Shown here: piece after piece, positions 32,568 through 41,522 of the stretch
Layout of the letters: each line of letters starts with the position of its first letter
Numbering within the stretch: position 1 is the first letter of the stretch
Assembly (NCBI GenBank): GCA_964620905.1
Contig: CAZUKA010000001.1
Span: forward strand, 298,589-362,588
Length of the DNA stretch: 64,000 bases
Source of the DNA: an uncultured Gammaproteobacteria bacterium
Lineage (GTDB): Bacteria; Patescibacteriota; Patescibacteriia; S139-126
Reading direction: 5' to 3'
Notes under the pieces: model-generated
Database searches by the model: none
Seen by the model: the letters and a program-made list of their open reading frames with translations, nothing else
What the model was told of the DNA's origin: nothing
Translations under genes and position numbers: made by a program

Positions 32568-32954
32568 TTAATCAATTCTTTTTCTCTTAGTTGATAAAAA
32601 GAAAAATTCCAGTACCGCCACGGCCAAAATCAGTAGCACGGAATTATACCAAGTTAACATTTTGAATTTTTGCATCCATAAACTAGCCACTACCAATAAA
32701 CCAAACAAAAACGCTTGACGAAAAGTCACGGCCACTTGTCTAAATATTAATTCGCCCTGCAAAAACTTACGACGTAAAGCAAAACCAATAATGGCAAAAC
32801 TTCCAACCAATGATAAAAATAAACTGGCATAAAAGAATACGACTGCCAACGGACCAGTCGTGATGGGATTCATATAAAAAATTACCAGTAAAAAAGCCAG
32901 CCAACATACTAGACTGGCCATACCCATCAAAATAAGATATTTACGTAATGTCAT
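32568..32954 (-). CDS. Hypothetical 4-TM membrane protein
   Basis: 128-aa hydrophobic ORF immediately upstream of pheS on the same strand. Confidence 0.45.
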   Translation of the reverse strand: MTLRKYLILMGMASLVCWLAFLLVIFYMNPITTGPLAVVFFYASLFLSLVGSFAIIGFALRRKFLQGELIFRQVAVTFRQAFLFGLLVVASLWMQKFKMLTWYNSVLLILAVAVLEFFFLSTKRKRID

Positions 32955-33067
32955 AATAATAAAAAACAGGTTTAGCCTGCTAAAATTTTACCATTTTTTA
33001 GGTATTTTTTCAAACTAATTTTTGGGGATAAAAAATTATTTTTTTAAGCTATTTTTAGCCAAATAAA

Positions 33068-33367
33068 TCATGAGATTATTTTTATATCTTTGATTTTTCC
33101 TGAACCAAATTTTCTGGCTAATTCGGATAAAATTAACTCCCGACGAATCTTTATTTCCTGAGCAATAGTAGGATGTAAAACTGCCACTGCTAAGATATTA
33201 TGACGAAAATAAGCCGCTTTCATATATTTGCTCATTGTTTTATCCCAAACTTTAGGCACAATCTTATCAAACTCCTCCAAAATCAAAGTGGCCTCAATTT
33301 TGCTGGCTAAACCTTTGGCTGTGACCTGACGGTTGATTAGATCCTTAAATGATGAAAAAGTAGACAT
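33068..33367 (-). CDS. DUF721 domain protein (family typically encoded between recF and gyrB)
   Basis: LILEEFDKIVPKVWDKTMSKYMKAAYFRHNILAVAVLHPTIAQEIKIRRELILSELARKFGSGKIKDIKI matches the DUF721 pattern (aWeeivG..la.ht.p..l.dgvL.V.v.ssawaqeL...il..ln..lg..ikdirf). Confidence 0.55.
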   Translation of the reverse strand: MSTFSSFKDLINRQVTAKGLASKIEATLILEEFDKIVPKVWDKTMSKYMKAAYFRHNILAVAVLHPTIAQEIKIRRELILSELARKFGSGKIKDIKIIS

Positions 33368-33545
33368 ATATATTGTTTGTTATTATTTTAACTGATTGAT
33401 ATTTTATTACAAATACCAATTAGCCAGATTTCCACATCTCAAAATCAAAAAACCATTGCTTTTTTGACAAAATATGTGTATAATTCTATAGATTTATCCT
33501 GGTTATCAGGATAGGTCTTTTATTTTTTAATTTATAAATTAAATT

Positions 33546-34988
33546 ATGATGTCTACAACTTTAAAAAATAGTCTGGGTAGAATACTGGCCCAACGCTTAT
33601 TTTGGCGCTTAATGCCAATAATCGCTCTGGCTATAACTTCAGTCGCTCAAGCTGCAACTGAAGAAGGTGGAGCTGGTCATAGTGCAGCTTTTACTTTTCT
33701 TTGGATCGCGGTAATTTTAATTGCCGCCAAGATTTCTGGCCTGGTAGAACGCTGGGGACAGCCTTCTGTGCTTGGCGAATTAGTAATTGGTGTTATTATC
33801 GGTAACTTAGCGCTCCTTGGCCTCCACTGGTTTGAACCAATCAAAGCAGACCCAATTATTGCTTTTTTAGCTGAACTCGGGGTAGTTATTTTGCTATTTC
33901 AAATTGGTCTTGAATCAAATATCGCCAAGATGAAACAAGTAGGTATGCGCGCCTTTATGGTCGCTACTATTGGAGTTGTAGCACCGTTTATACTGGGTAC
34001 CTATGTAATCGGACCATGGCTCATGCCGGGCTTAGAATTTAATGCGTATTTATTTTTAGGAGCAACCTTAACTGCTACTTCGGTCGGTATTACTGCCCGA
34101 GTATTTAAAGATTTAAAAAAATTGCAAATACCAGAAGCACAAATCGTGCTAGGAGCCGCTGTAATTGATGACGTAATGGGACTTATTATCTTAGCCGTTG
34201 TGTCAGCCATAGTCACGGTTGGAAGCGTTGGTATTGGTATGATTACTTGGATTACAGCCAAAGCTATTTTATTTTTAGTACTCGCAGTTGTTATTGGCCA
34301 GCTCCTTGCGCCACAACTTGGTAAATGGTTTGCCAAAATACATACTGGCATAGGTATGAAACTTACCCTTGCGCTCGCATTTGGACTTATTACTGCCTTT
34401 TTAGCTCAAGTAATAGGACTTGCTCCAATCGTTGGGGCATTTGCTGCTGGTTTAGTCTTAGATCCTGTGCACTTTAAATTTTTCAAAGATCCACAAATTG
34501 TTGAAGATATAAAAGAATCATTAAAGGAATCAACTGATCAAACTCTGAAAGAAAAAGTAGATAAAGTAATGGAACATCATTCACATCGTCATATTGAAGA
34601 TCTAATAGAACCAATTGGTTTTTTCTTAGTCCCTCTTTTCTTTGTCTATACTGGCATTAATGTAAAATTAGAAACCATGTTTGATCTGCCGGTACTCCTA
34701 GTAGCACTTGGCGTAACCGCAGCTGCGTTTATTGGTAAAATAGTATCTGGTCTTGCAGCTGGTAAAGTCAATAAATGGCTAGTAGGCTTTGGTATGATCC
34801 CCAGAGGTGAGGTTGGCTTAATTTTTGCTGTAATTGGTAAATCACTTGGTGTGGTAAATGATGAAGTATTTTCTATTGTGGTTATCATGGTCATACTCAC
34901 AACCCTTGCTACCCCACCGATACTTACCTACTTATTGAAAAAGCAAGATAAAAAATTACCTACCCCAGAACCTGAAACTATAAAATAA
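33546..34988 (+). CDS. Monovalent cation:proton antiporter (Na+/H+ exchanger family, CPA)
   Basis: 480 aa with about 12 TM helices and typical CPA blocks (LGELVIGVIIGN, FLGATLTATSVGITARV, PRGEVGLIFA). Confidence 0.8.
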   Translation: MMSTTLKNSLGRILAQRLFWRLMPIIALAITSVAQAATEEGGAGHSAAFTFLWIAVILIAAKISGLVERWGQPSVLGELVIGVIIGNLALLGLHWFEPIKADPIIAFLAELGVVILLFQIGLESNIAKMKQVGMRAFMVATIGVVAPFILGTYVIGPWLMPGLEFNAYLFLGATLTATSVGITARVFKDLKKLQIPEAQIVLGAAVIDDVMGLIILAVVSAIVTVGSVGIGMITWITAKAILFLVLAVVIGQLLAPQLGKWFAKIHTGIGMKLTLALAFGLITAFLAQVIGLAPIVGAFAAGLVLDPVHFKFFKDPQIVEDIKESLKESTDQTLKEKVDKVMEHHSHRHIEDLIEPIGFFLVPLFFVYTGINVKLETMFDLPVLLVALGVTAAAFIGKIVSGLAAGKVNKWLVGFGMIPRGEVGLIFAVIGKSLGVVNDEVFSIVVIMVILTTLATPPILTYLLKKQDKKLPTPEPETIK

Positions 34989-35002
34989 TATTCGTACTAA
35001 AA

Positions 35003-35023
35003 ATCCCGCCATTTTGGCGGGAT
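35003..35023. terminator. Bidirectional intrinsic terminator between convergent genes
   Basis: ATCCCGCC-atttt-GGCGGGAT hairpin flanked by A-runs and T-runs. Confidence 0.7.
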
Positions 35024-35024
35024 T

Positions 35025-36389
35025 TTATTTTATTTTTTTTATAATCCCCTTATTGGCGTCAACCTCTACTATATCTCGATCTTTAAATACTTTGCTTGCA
35101 AATTGAGTGCCCACTATACAGGGTTTTTTATATTCCCGCGCTATTATCGCAGCATGGCTTGTTAAACCGCCATCATCTGTCACAACTGCTTTGGCTTTAA
35201 GCATATAAGGAGTAAATACTGGATAGGTAAACTTAGCAACAAAAATATCTTTACTAGTTACTTTCATCAAATCTTTTTCATTTGCTATAATTTTTACTAT
35301 TCCCCTTACTTTACCCTGACAAGCAACACTACCTTTAACTATTGTATTTTTATCATGGGAACTTATTTTGTTTAACCATTCACTATTATTTGCATTAGAA
35401 ATAAAATATATGCAATTTTTTTCATAGTAATATGCGTATAACCCTTTGGTGCGCAATTTTAACTCTTTTAAATCTGGCCTTATATCTAACTGCAAATAAC
35501 TAAAACCTTCTTTAATAGTCATATTCGTTGCATCACGCAAAGAAATACCTAACTGTTTAGCTAAATACTCATAAAAAGGCCGCGCATAAAATTGCCCTTG
35601 TTTCCACACATCTACTCTGTCAGTTTTTAGCCACACAAATTCACGGGCTATTTCAATTTTTTGCTTTAACTTTTTATCTTTAATAGTTTCAATAAAATTA
35701 GAAAAATCTTTTTTTGATTTAGCAAAATTTTTATATTGATCAAGAATTATATTTTTGTTTAACTTTTTACGTAAAGTAAAAAAATATTTTTTATCATAGG
35801 ACTCTTCAAATGGATTATAGGCATTTAACCAACCATATTTTTTTACTAATACTTTGTCAGATAAACGAAATATATCTTTTTCCATTTTCATATATTCAAT
35901 CGGCCTATTTAGAGAAAATATAACATCCACTTTATCTGGATACTTGCTTATTATTTCTGGTTCATAAATATAAATTGCTGACCACGCTCCCCAAATATAA
36001 TCACAAAAATCATACGCACTTTGCAAATACTCACCATAACTTTTGCTAATGGCTTTTTTATTTTTCTTTTGCGATACTTGACCTAAAATTTTAGCTTTTT
36101 TTATTAAATCATTTTTCTTAGGTACATACTTTTCCAAATAGGTATACCAATTTTTACTCATTTCTTTTCCCAAAATAGTCAAAGTATTCTGATTTGATTG
36201 GGGTTCAAAATAATAGCTAAATACTTTACCATCAGGTACAACTATAAAACTTTTTACCCCCTTGTCTACAATCCAAGATACCCACACTTCGACTCTTGCA
36301 ATACAATCTACTCGCGAAGTAAAATACTCAAATTGCTCTTTGGGTAACGTGATTGAATTATATATATTTTTATATGGATTAAATTTCAT
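35025..36389 (-). CDS. PEP-utilizing-enzyme mobile (phosphohistidine swivel) domain protein, paralog B; N-terminal 350 aa unassigned
   Basis: C-terminus GIVKII..TSKDIFVAKFTYPVFTPYMLKAKAVVTDDGGLTSHAAIIAREYKKPCIVG matches the PEP-utilizers His domain (GGxxxHAAIIAREx.iPcvvG). The start codon overlaps the stop of the upstream paralog (TAATG). Confidence 0.7.
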   Translation of the reverse strand: MKFNPYKNIYNSITLPKEQFEYFTSRVDCIARVEVWVSWIVDKGVKSFIVVPDGKVFSYYFEPQSNQNTLTILGKEMSKNWYTYLEKYVPKKNDLIKKAKILGQVSQKKNKKAISKSYGEYLQSAYDFCDYIWGAWSAIYIYEPEIISKYPDKVDVIFSLNRPIEYMKMEKDIFRLSDKVLVKKYGWLNAYNPFEESYDKKYFFTLRKKLNKNIILDQYKNFAKSKKDFSNFIETIKDKKLKQKIEIAREFVWLKTDRVDVWKQGQFYARPFYEYLAKQLGISLRDATNMTIKEGFSYLQLDIRPDLKELKLRTKGLYAYYYEKNCIYFISNANNSEWLNKISSHDKNTIVKGSVACQGKVRGIVKIIANEKDLMKVTSKDIFVAKFTYPVFTPYMLKAKAVVTDDGGLTSHAAIIAREYKKPCIVGTQFASKVFKDRDIVEVDANKGIIKKIK

Positions 36390-37486
36390 TATATTTTTTT
36401 GATAATTCCTTTATCCGCATTAAGCTCTAGCATATCTCCATTTTTAAATACTTTAGTAGCAAATTTTGTTCCAATTATACAGGGCTTTTTAAGCTCACGC
36501 GCAATAATAGCTGCGTGACATAAAATACCTCCTTCATCAGTAATAATACCAGCACTTCTTTTTAACAAAGACATTAAATCTGGGTGTGTCATAGAAGCAA
36601 CTACAATATACTTATATGCTGGTGTATTACACTTACCCATATTACTGATTAAATAAGCCTTAGCTGTAACATTTCCTTTATAAATAGATATTCCTTCGAG
36701 TTCATTCACCCGATCGATCTTCGGCCATAAATAATTATGTATTTTATTTAAATCACCTGACTTATATAAAACTTGTTCCTTTTTACCATAGTGCAAAAAA
36801 AAATATTTCTTTTTCCTTACTTGGTATAAACTCATTACCTGTTTAATATTTAACTTTTTTCTAAGAAATTGTAAGAATTCTCTACGAGTTAGATAACATA
36901 AAGCATCACCATTAAATTTATTATTAATACTCAACCCTTGAGCAGCTCTACTTAATAATTTTTCAAATAAAACATATTGTTTTGCTACTTCGTTTCTTTC
37001 ATTACCTATTCTTACGACCATTTTACTCGATATGATATTGGTTTTATTTTGGAAAAGTCTAAAAAAACAATTATAAATTGCAATAGCAAAATGAATATCG
37101 ATGGAATACTTATATAATAACCCCAGAGTTTTAAAATATTTTTTATTATTTAAAGATTTTTCAATGGTAGATAAATGTAATTTATTTGATTTATATAATA
37201 TATAAGCTTTTTTTAAAACAATATCAACTTTTTTGTTTGCATCACTTTTTAAATAATTTGAAAGCTTTTGGCGTAAATCATCTTCATTTACAAGCGAATA
37301 AATATCTCCTCCTTTTCCAAACGCACCAAGCGCATTATAACCAAAACCAAATATTTTTTTCAGCCTTACCAAATAAGCCTGAGATAAACTACTCATGGTA
37401 TACAATGAGAGGTCTCGACGAATTGAAGGATGTAAACCGAGTTCTTTTAATTTTCTTATTACTTTTTCTACTTTATTTTTTTTCAT
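36389..37486 (-). CDS. PEP-utilizing-enzyme mobile (phosphohistidine swivel) domain protein, paralog A; N-terminal 270 aa unassigned
   Basis: C-terminus AKAYLI...YKYIVVASMTHPDLMSLLKRSAGIITDEGGILCHAAIIARELKKPCIIG..GDMLELNADKGIIKKI, and the same ...DANKGIIKKI tail as paralog B. Lies 6 nt downstream of the helicase gene. Confidence 0.7.
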   Translation of the reverse strand: MKKNKVEKVIRKLKELGLHPSIRRDLSLYTMSSLSQAYLVRLKKIFGFGYNALGAFGKGGDIYSLVNEDDLRQKLSNYLKSDANKKVDIVLKKAYILYKSNKLHLSTIEKSLNNKKYFKTLGLLYKYSIDIHFAIAIYNCFFRLFQNKTNIISSKMVVRIGNERNEVAKQYVLFEKLLSRAAQGLSINNKFNGDALCYLTRREFLQFLRKKLNIKQVMSLYQVRKKKYFFLHYGKKEQVLYKSGDLNKIHNYLWPKIDRVNELEGISIYKGNVTAKAYLISNMGKCNTPAYKYIVVASMTHPDLMSLLKRSAGIITDEGGILCHAAIIARELKKPCIIGTKFATKVFKNGDMLELNADKGIIKKI

Positions 37487-37492
37487 ATCATA

Positions 37493-40400
37493 TTACTTCG
37501 CCTGCGAAAATTCGCAAATCTTATTAAAATCACAATGTGCGCAAATAAACGGATTGGGGCTAGGAATGAAATTGTTTTGTTTAATCTGTTCAATAGTAGC
37601 TAAAATATCCTGCTTCATTTCAGCTAGTTCTTTATCCGTACCAATAAAACTTAATTTTTTACCATCATCCAAATAATAATAAGTCAGATTTTTGACATTT
37701 TTTTCACCGATTTGTTGAGCTGCCAATTGATAAATCAGTAGCTGTTTTTTGTTGTCCTTATCCAGTTTTTCTTTAGAACTTCCGGTCTTATAATCAATAA
37801 TCTCTAAACTATTATCTGCCAATCTATCTACTCGATCAATCCGACCGGTTAGTTGCCAGTCATCTATTTTTAAATTAAATTTACTTTCCAATCTTTCCGG
37901 GATTACTTTTTCTTTTTCCCAGTTGTCATAAAAATTTTTCAAAGCCTCTTTGCCCTTTTGATAATACTGTTCTTTTTGTTTTTTACTTTCATACCAGTCA
38001 TCTAACCAACACTCATCATAAATTCTCAGCATATTATCAAGGGTTGGCAAATTATTTTTTATAATTGATTTATCAAATAAGTCTGCTTGTCGTAATGATG
38101 TTGCCAATTTTACTTGTTCAAAAAACTTTTGCATAGTCTGATGCATAGTAGTGCCATAACTGAAAGTAAATTTCCCTCGTACCGGAATACGCAAGATATA
38201 AGCAAACTTATACTGCAAAGGACAAGCCTGATAAGAACTAATTTGACTATAGGAAAAAACTTTTGGCGTCGGAAAATTGTAAGCTTTTGCCAATGATTTT
38301 TTGTCTATCCTAATTGTCTTAACTGGTGATAATATTTTTTTAACATTATCAGTTGCTTTAACTGATTTTTCTTTTATCTCTCTTACCAATCCCAATTCAT
38401 ATAAAAACTGACTGGGTTTTTTCTCGCGTACTCCCCCATAATCTTTAGCACCAGATAAAAATAAACCCAATTTTGATCTAGTAATTGCTACATACAATAA
38501 ACGTCTTTCTTCCTGCAAATGTGCATCTCCTTCGGGTAAGATATCTTTGATTAGTTTATCAGGCAAAAGAATTGGTTCTTTTCTTTCTGTGGTTGGAAAT
38601 CTTTTATCTACTAAATTTGGTATAAACACGTATTTAAACTCCAATCCTTTGGCACCATGAATGGTCATTATGCTAACGGTTTCTGGTCCACTACTTGGAT
38701 CCCAAATCATCTTACCCTGTTCTCCAGCATCCAACTCCATTTCCATTTCTATCAAGAAATCCCTCACTTGATTGTCACTAAAACTTTTTTCAAACTCTTT
38801 GGCTTTTTGCAAAAATTGGTTTATATAATTGATATTAGCTTGGGCTTTCTCTGAATCTATCTTGGTCAAATACTGACTATAACCAGTATCTTCTAAAAAA
38901 GATAAAATGACTTTGGTAATTGGTTTACTTTTAGCAATTTGAGTATGTTTATCAATCCAACCCAAAAGCTTACTAACCTCGGTTGTAGTTTGGGGAGATA
39001 CATTTTTTAAAAAAGAAATATTGTTTAGAGTTTCAAACAATGACCAATTTTTTCGATTGGTCCAATAATTCAAATTAATAATTTGCGATTGTTCTATATG
39101 TAAAATCGGTAAATTTAACATTCGATACAACGCCGGCGATTCGTGATAATTATCAAGCAAACGTAAATAATTGATAATATCCAAAATAATTGGCTTAAAA
39201 TAAAGCCCACGAGAAGCAAAAAACTGAAAAGGTATCTGCCGGCTTTCCAACTCTTGAATAAACTCTTTAGCGCTGTCATTGGCCCGAACTAAAATTGCCA
39301 AATCATTCCAAGTCAAATCAGAATCTTTTTCCTTTAAACTGGCAATCTTATCAACCACGCTCGCGACCTCTTGTTCTAAAGAATCATATAAATCAAAGAC
39401 AATCTCACCGGGTTTATTTGATTGAGCGGTCAATTTTTTTGATAAATTTTTCTTATGGTCATTTAATTTTACTTCCAATCTATCTGGGTTGTTGAGTTGA
39501 ATAAAGTTATATGCCAAATCCAAAATATTCTGACTACTACGATAATTGGCTTGTAAAAAAACTTCCTGACTCTGCGGAAAATCTTTTTTGAAATTTAAAA
39601 TATTAGATACTGACGCGCCCCGAAATTTATAAATAGATTGGTCATCATCACCAACCACAGTAATATTGTTTTTTGGTTGTGCTAGCAATTTTATCAGTTC
39701 GTATTGTGCCCAATTGGTATCCTGAAACTCATCGACTAGAATATATTTAAATTGTTGTTGATAATATTGAAGAATTCTTGTTCTGGTTTTAAATAACTTT
39801 AAAGTATAGTTGATTAAATCACCAAAATCCAATGAATTATTGGCAAGTAATATCTGCTGATAAATATGATAGGCAGTGGCCACTTCATTTAACCTGCTTA
39901 TTTCTTGTTCATTAACTTCATTATTTGTACCCTTAATTCTTAATTCTTTATTCTTAATTCTAGCCTTTCCCTTACTCCCCTCCATATCATCAAGGTTTAT
40001 TTTCAGTTCCTCAGCATAAGCTAAATAATCAACCGGATAAATTTCCTCGTCTTTACAACGAGAAAAATGCTGTAATAATGCATGGATAAATTTGGTAGGA
40101 TTACCCAAGGGCGCATAATAATCAAGCAAAAACTTATCTAGATTTTTTCTTATCAACAGCCAACTTTGCGTCTGATCTAATAGTTTAAAATTGGTTGACA
40201 GACCTATATCCAAAGCGTGTAGATGTAAAACTCTCTCACAAAAAGCATGAAAAGTGGAAATCCACAAATCTACATAACCATAAGGCAAAGCTCTATCCAC
40301 CCGCTCTTCCATCTCCCCAGCGGCTTTGTCTGTAAAAGTCAGAGCTAAAATTTGATCAGCAGTTAATTTTTTTTCTTGTACCAACCAGTTTATCCGCTGA

Positions 40401-40513
40401 GTAATAACCGTAGTTTTGCCAGTACCAGCTCCAGCCACAATCAACAATGGCCCTTCACCATGAGTAACAGCTTCTTTCTGTGCTTGATTTAAACTATTAA
40501 GATTTATTTCCAT
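37493..40513 (-). CDS. UvrD/PcrA-family ATP-dependent DNA helicase fused to a C-terminal Cas4/AddB-type PD-(D/E)XK nuclease with a 4-Cys cluster
   Basis: N-terminal SF1 helicase motifs (LIVAGAGTGKTTV; VDEFQDTN; the 2B region), then a C-terminal RecB-family nuclease (GRIDRVDRL...LEIIDYKTG) with Cys at YQACPLQ and CAHCDFNKIC. 1006 aa. Confidence 0.9.
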   Translation of the reverse strand: MEINLNSLNQAQKEAVTHGEGPLLIVAGAGTGKTTVITQRINWLVQEKKLTADQILALTFTDKAAGEMEERVDRALPYGYVDLWISTFHAFCERVLHLHALDIGLSTNFKLLDQTQSWLLIRKNLDKFLLDYYAPLGNPTKFIHALLQHFSRCKDEEIYPVDYLAYAEELKINLDDMEGSKGKARIKNKELRIKGTNNEVNEQEISRLNEVATAYHIYQQILLANNSLDFGDLINYTLKLFKTRTRILQYYQQQFKYILVDEFQDTNWAQYELIKLLAQPKNNITVVGDDDQSIYKFRGASVSNILNFKKDFPQSQEVFLQANYRSSQNILDLAYNFIQLNNPDRLEVKLNDHKKNLSKKLTAQSNKPGEIVFDLYDSLEQEVASVVDKIASLKEKDSDLTWNDLAILVRANDSAKEFIQELESRQIPFQFFASRGLYFKPIILDIINYLRLLDNYHESPALYRMLNLPILHIEQSQIINLNYWTNRKNWSLFETLNNISFLKNVSPQTTTEVSKLLGWIDKHTQIAKSKPITKVILSFLEDTGYSQYLTKIDSEKAQANINYINQFLQKAKEFEKSFSDNQVRDFLIEMEMELDAGEQGKMIWDPSSGPETVSIMTIHGAKGLEFKYVFIPNLVDKRFPTTERKEPILLPDKLIKDILPEGDAHLQEERRLLYVAITRSKLGLFLSGAKDYGGVREKKPSQFLYELGLVREIKEKSVKATDNVKKILSPVKTIRIDKKSLAKAYNFPTPKVFSYSQISSYQACPLQYKFAYILRIPVRGKFTFSYGTTMHQTMQKFFEQVKLATSLRQADLFDKSIIKNNLPTLDNMLRIYDECWLDDWYESKKQKEQYYQKGKEALKNFYDNWEKEKVIPERLESKFNLKIDDWQLTGRIDRVDRLADNSLEIIDYKTGSSKEKLDKDNKKQLLIYQLAAQQIGEKNVKNLTYYYLDDGKKLSFIGTDKELAEMKQDILATIEQIKQNNFIPSPNPFICAHCDFNKICEFSQAK

Positions 40514-40541
40514 AATACTATTTTATCACCCTAAAGTATGA

Positions 40542-40570
40542 TTGACAAAAAATCAATTTGGTGCTAATTT
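40542..40570 (+). promoter_or_regulatory. Sigma70-like promoter (ATGATTGACAAAA...TGcTAATTT)
   Basis: TTGACA at 40542-40547, a 17-nt spacer, extended -10 TGcTAATTT. The downstream RBS is AAGGA. Confidence 0.4.
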
Positions 40571-40614
40571 ATAAAATTATTACATTAAAAAATAAAATAT
40601 AAAAGGAATAAATC

Positions 40615-41043
40615 ATGAAAAGAATCAACTTAAGTAAACCAGCTAGCCAAATCTGGAGTATTGGCTTTTTTCTTTGTTTAGTTTGCACATTTATATATTT
40701 TTATTTAGTCGGTCATTCAACCGTCCCAACTATTGCTAGCCCGATTAATATAATTGAACTAATTCTAAACTACTGGATATTTTCCCTTCCTCTAAGCATA
40801 GTCGGTTTTATATTTTTTATCAGATATTATCTAATACTAAAAAGAAAATACAAATCAAACCAAAAAGAATACTTATCTATAATTTCTACTATGCTTATGC
40901 TAGCTTTATTTCCTTCAATTGTATTTGGCGCTGCTCTCCTAGAGATCACATCAAGCTATTTTGCTTTTATTCCTACTGCTTTAATTATCGCCTGTTTGGT
41001 GATAATTAATATATTAAAAAACTTTAAACAAACCTCGTTTTAG
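40615..41043 (+). CDS. Hypothetical 4-TM small membrane protein
   Basis: 142-aa hydrophobic ORF with a promoter, an RBS and a terminator hairpin at 41031-41057. Confidence 0.45.
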   Translation: MKRINLSKPASQIWSIGFFLCLVCTFIYFYLVGHSTVPTIASPINIIELILNYWIFSLPLSIVGFIFFIRYYLILKRKYKSNQKEYLSIISTMLMLALFPSIVFGAALLEITSSYFAFIPTALIIACLVIINILKNFKQTSF

Positions 41044-41057
41044 AAAAACGAGGTTTT
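41031..41057 (+). terminator. Intrinsic terminator
   Basis: AAACCTCGTTT-tagaa-AAACGAGGTTT hairpin (the stop codon sits in the loop) followed by a T-rich tract. Confidence 0.55.
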
Positions 41058-41084
41058 AATATAATTTTTTAATTCAAAATATGA

Positions 41085-41113
41085 TTGACAAAATCCCAAA
41101 AATGTGCTATCAT
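41085..41113 (+). promoter_or_regulatory. Sigma70-like promoter (ATGATTGACAAAA...TGcTATCAT)
   Basis: TTGACA at 41085-41090, a 17-nt spacer, extended -10 TGcTATCAT at 41105-41113. Confidence 0.5.
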
Positions 41114-41157
41114 TCTAAATTAGTAGTTATTTAAAATCAACAAAAAAAGGACAAAAA

Positions 41158-41448
41158 ATGAAAGATTTCATTCTTTCTATAATAATCATTTTTGGACTAT
41201 TTAGTATAGTCTATCTGATGTCAATTATTTTTGTAATTTTCTTAATCATTGCCTGGGCTCTCCTGGGCACAACAAGTTCTCTCTTTATGGGAGATTTAAA
41301 TTCTTTTCTTATATTTAATAAACAAAATCCTGCACTTATATATATTGCAGCCGGGTTTTCCTTTTTATTTATCGCTTACAAAGCGATACATGAAAAAAAT
41401 AAAAAGAAAAGAAACTTTCGCGGTACATTTATCCGCGGACAAAAATAA
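41158..41448 (+). CDS. Hypothetical 3-TM small membrane protein
   Basis: 96 aa with RBS AAAGGA. Followed by tandem terminators. Confidence 0.45.
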   Translation: MKDFILSIIIIFGLFSIVYLMSIIFVIFLIIAWALLGTTSSLFMGDLNSFLIFNKQNPALIYIAAGFSFLFIAYKAIHEKNKKKRNFRGTFIRGQK

Positions 41449-41453
41449 TATTT

Positions 41454-41504
41454 GCCTACCTTTGCAGGTAGGCTTTTTAATTAAAAAGACCCTCATTGGG
41501 GTCT
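41454..41504. terminator. Tandem bidirectional intrinsic terminators
   Basis: GCCTACCT-ttgc-AGGTAGGC followed by TTTTT, then AGACCC-tcattg-GGGTCT followed by a T-rich tract. They sit between convergent genes. Confidence 0.7.
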
Positions 41505-41522
41505 TTAATTTTTTTAATCAAT

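Noticed and set aside
33464-33484. TTGACA ... TATAAT pair upstream of the antiporter gene
   Set aside because: The spacer between the hexamers is only 9 nt, incompatible with a sigma70 promoter. Not reported as a promoter.
39925-39965. Short tandem AATTCTTAATTC repeats, considered as a CRISPR or minisatellite
   Set aside because: Only 2-3 imperfect copies of about 10 nt, in-frame within the helicase ORF (encoding ELRIKNKELRIK). No spacer-repeat periodicity. CRISPR arrays need repeats of at least 20-nt with unique spacers.
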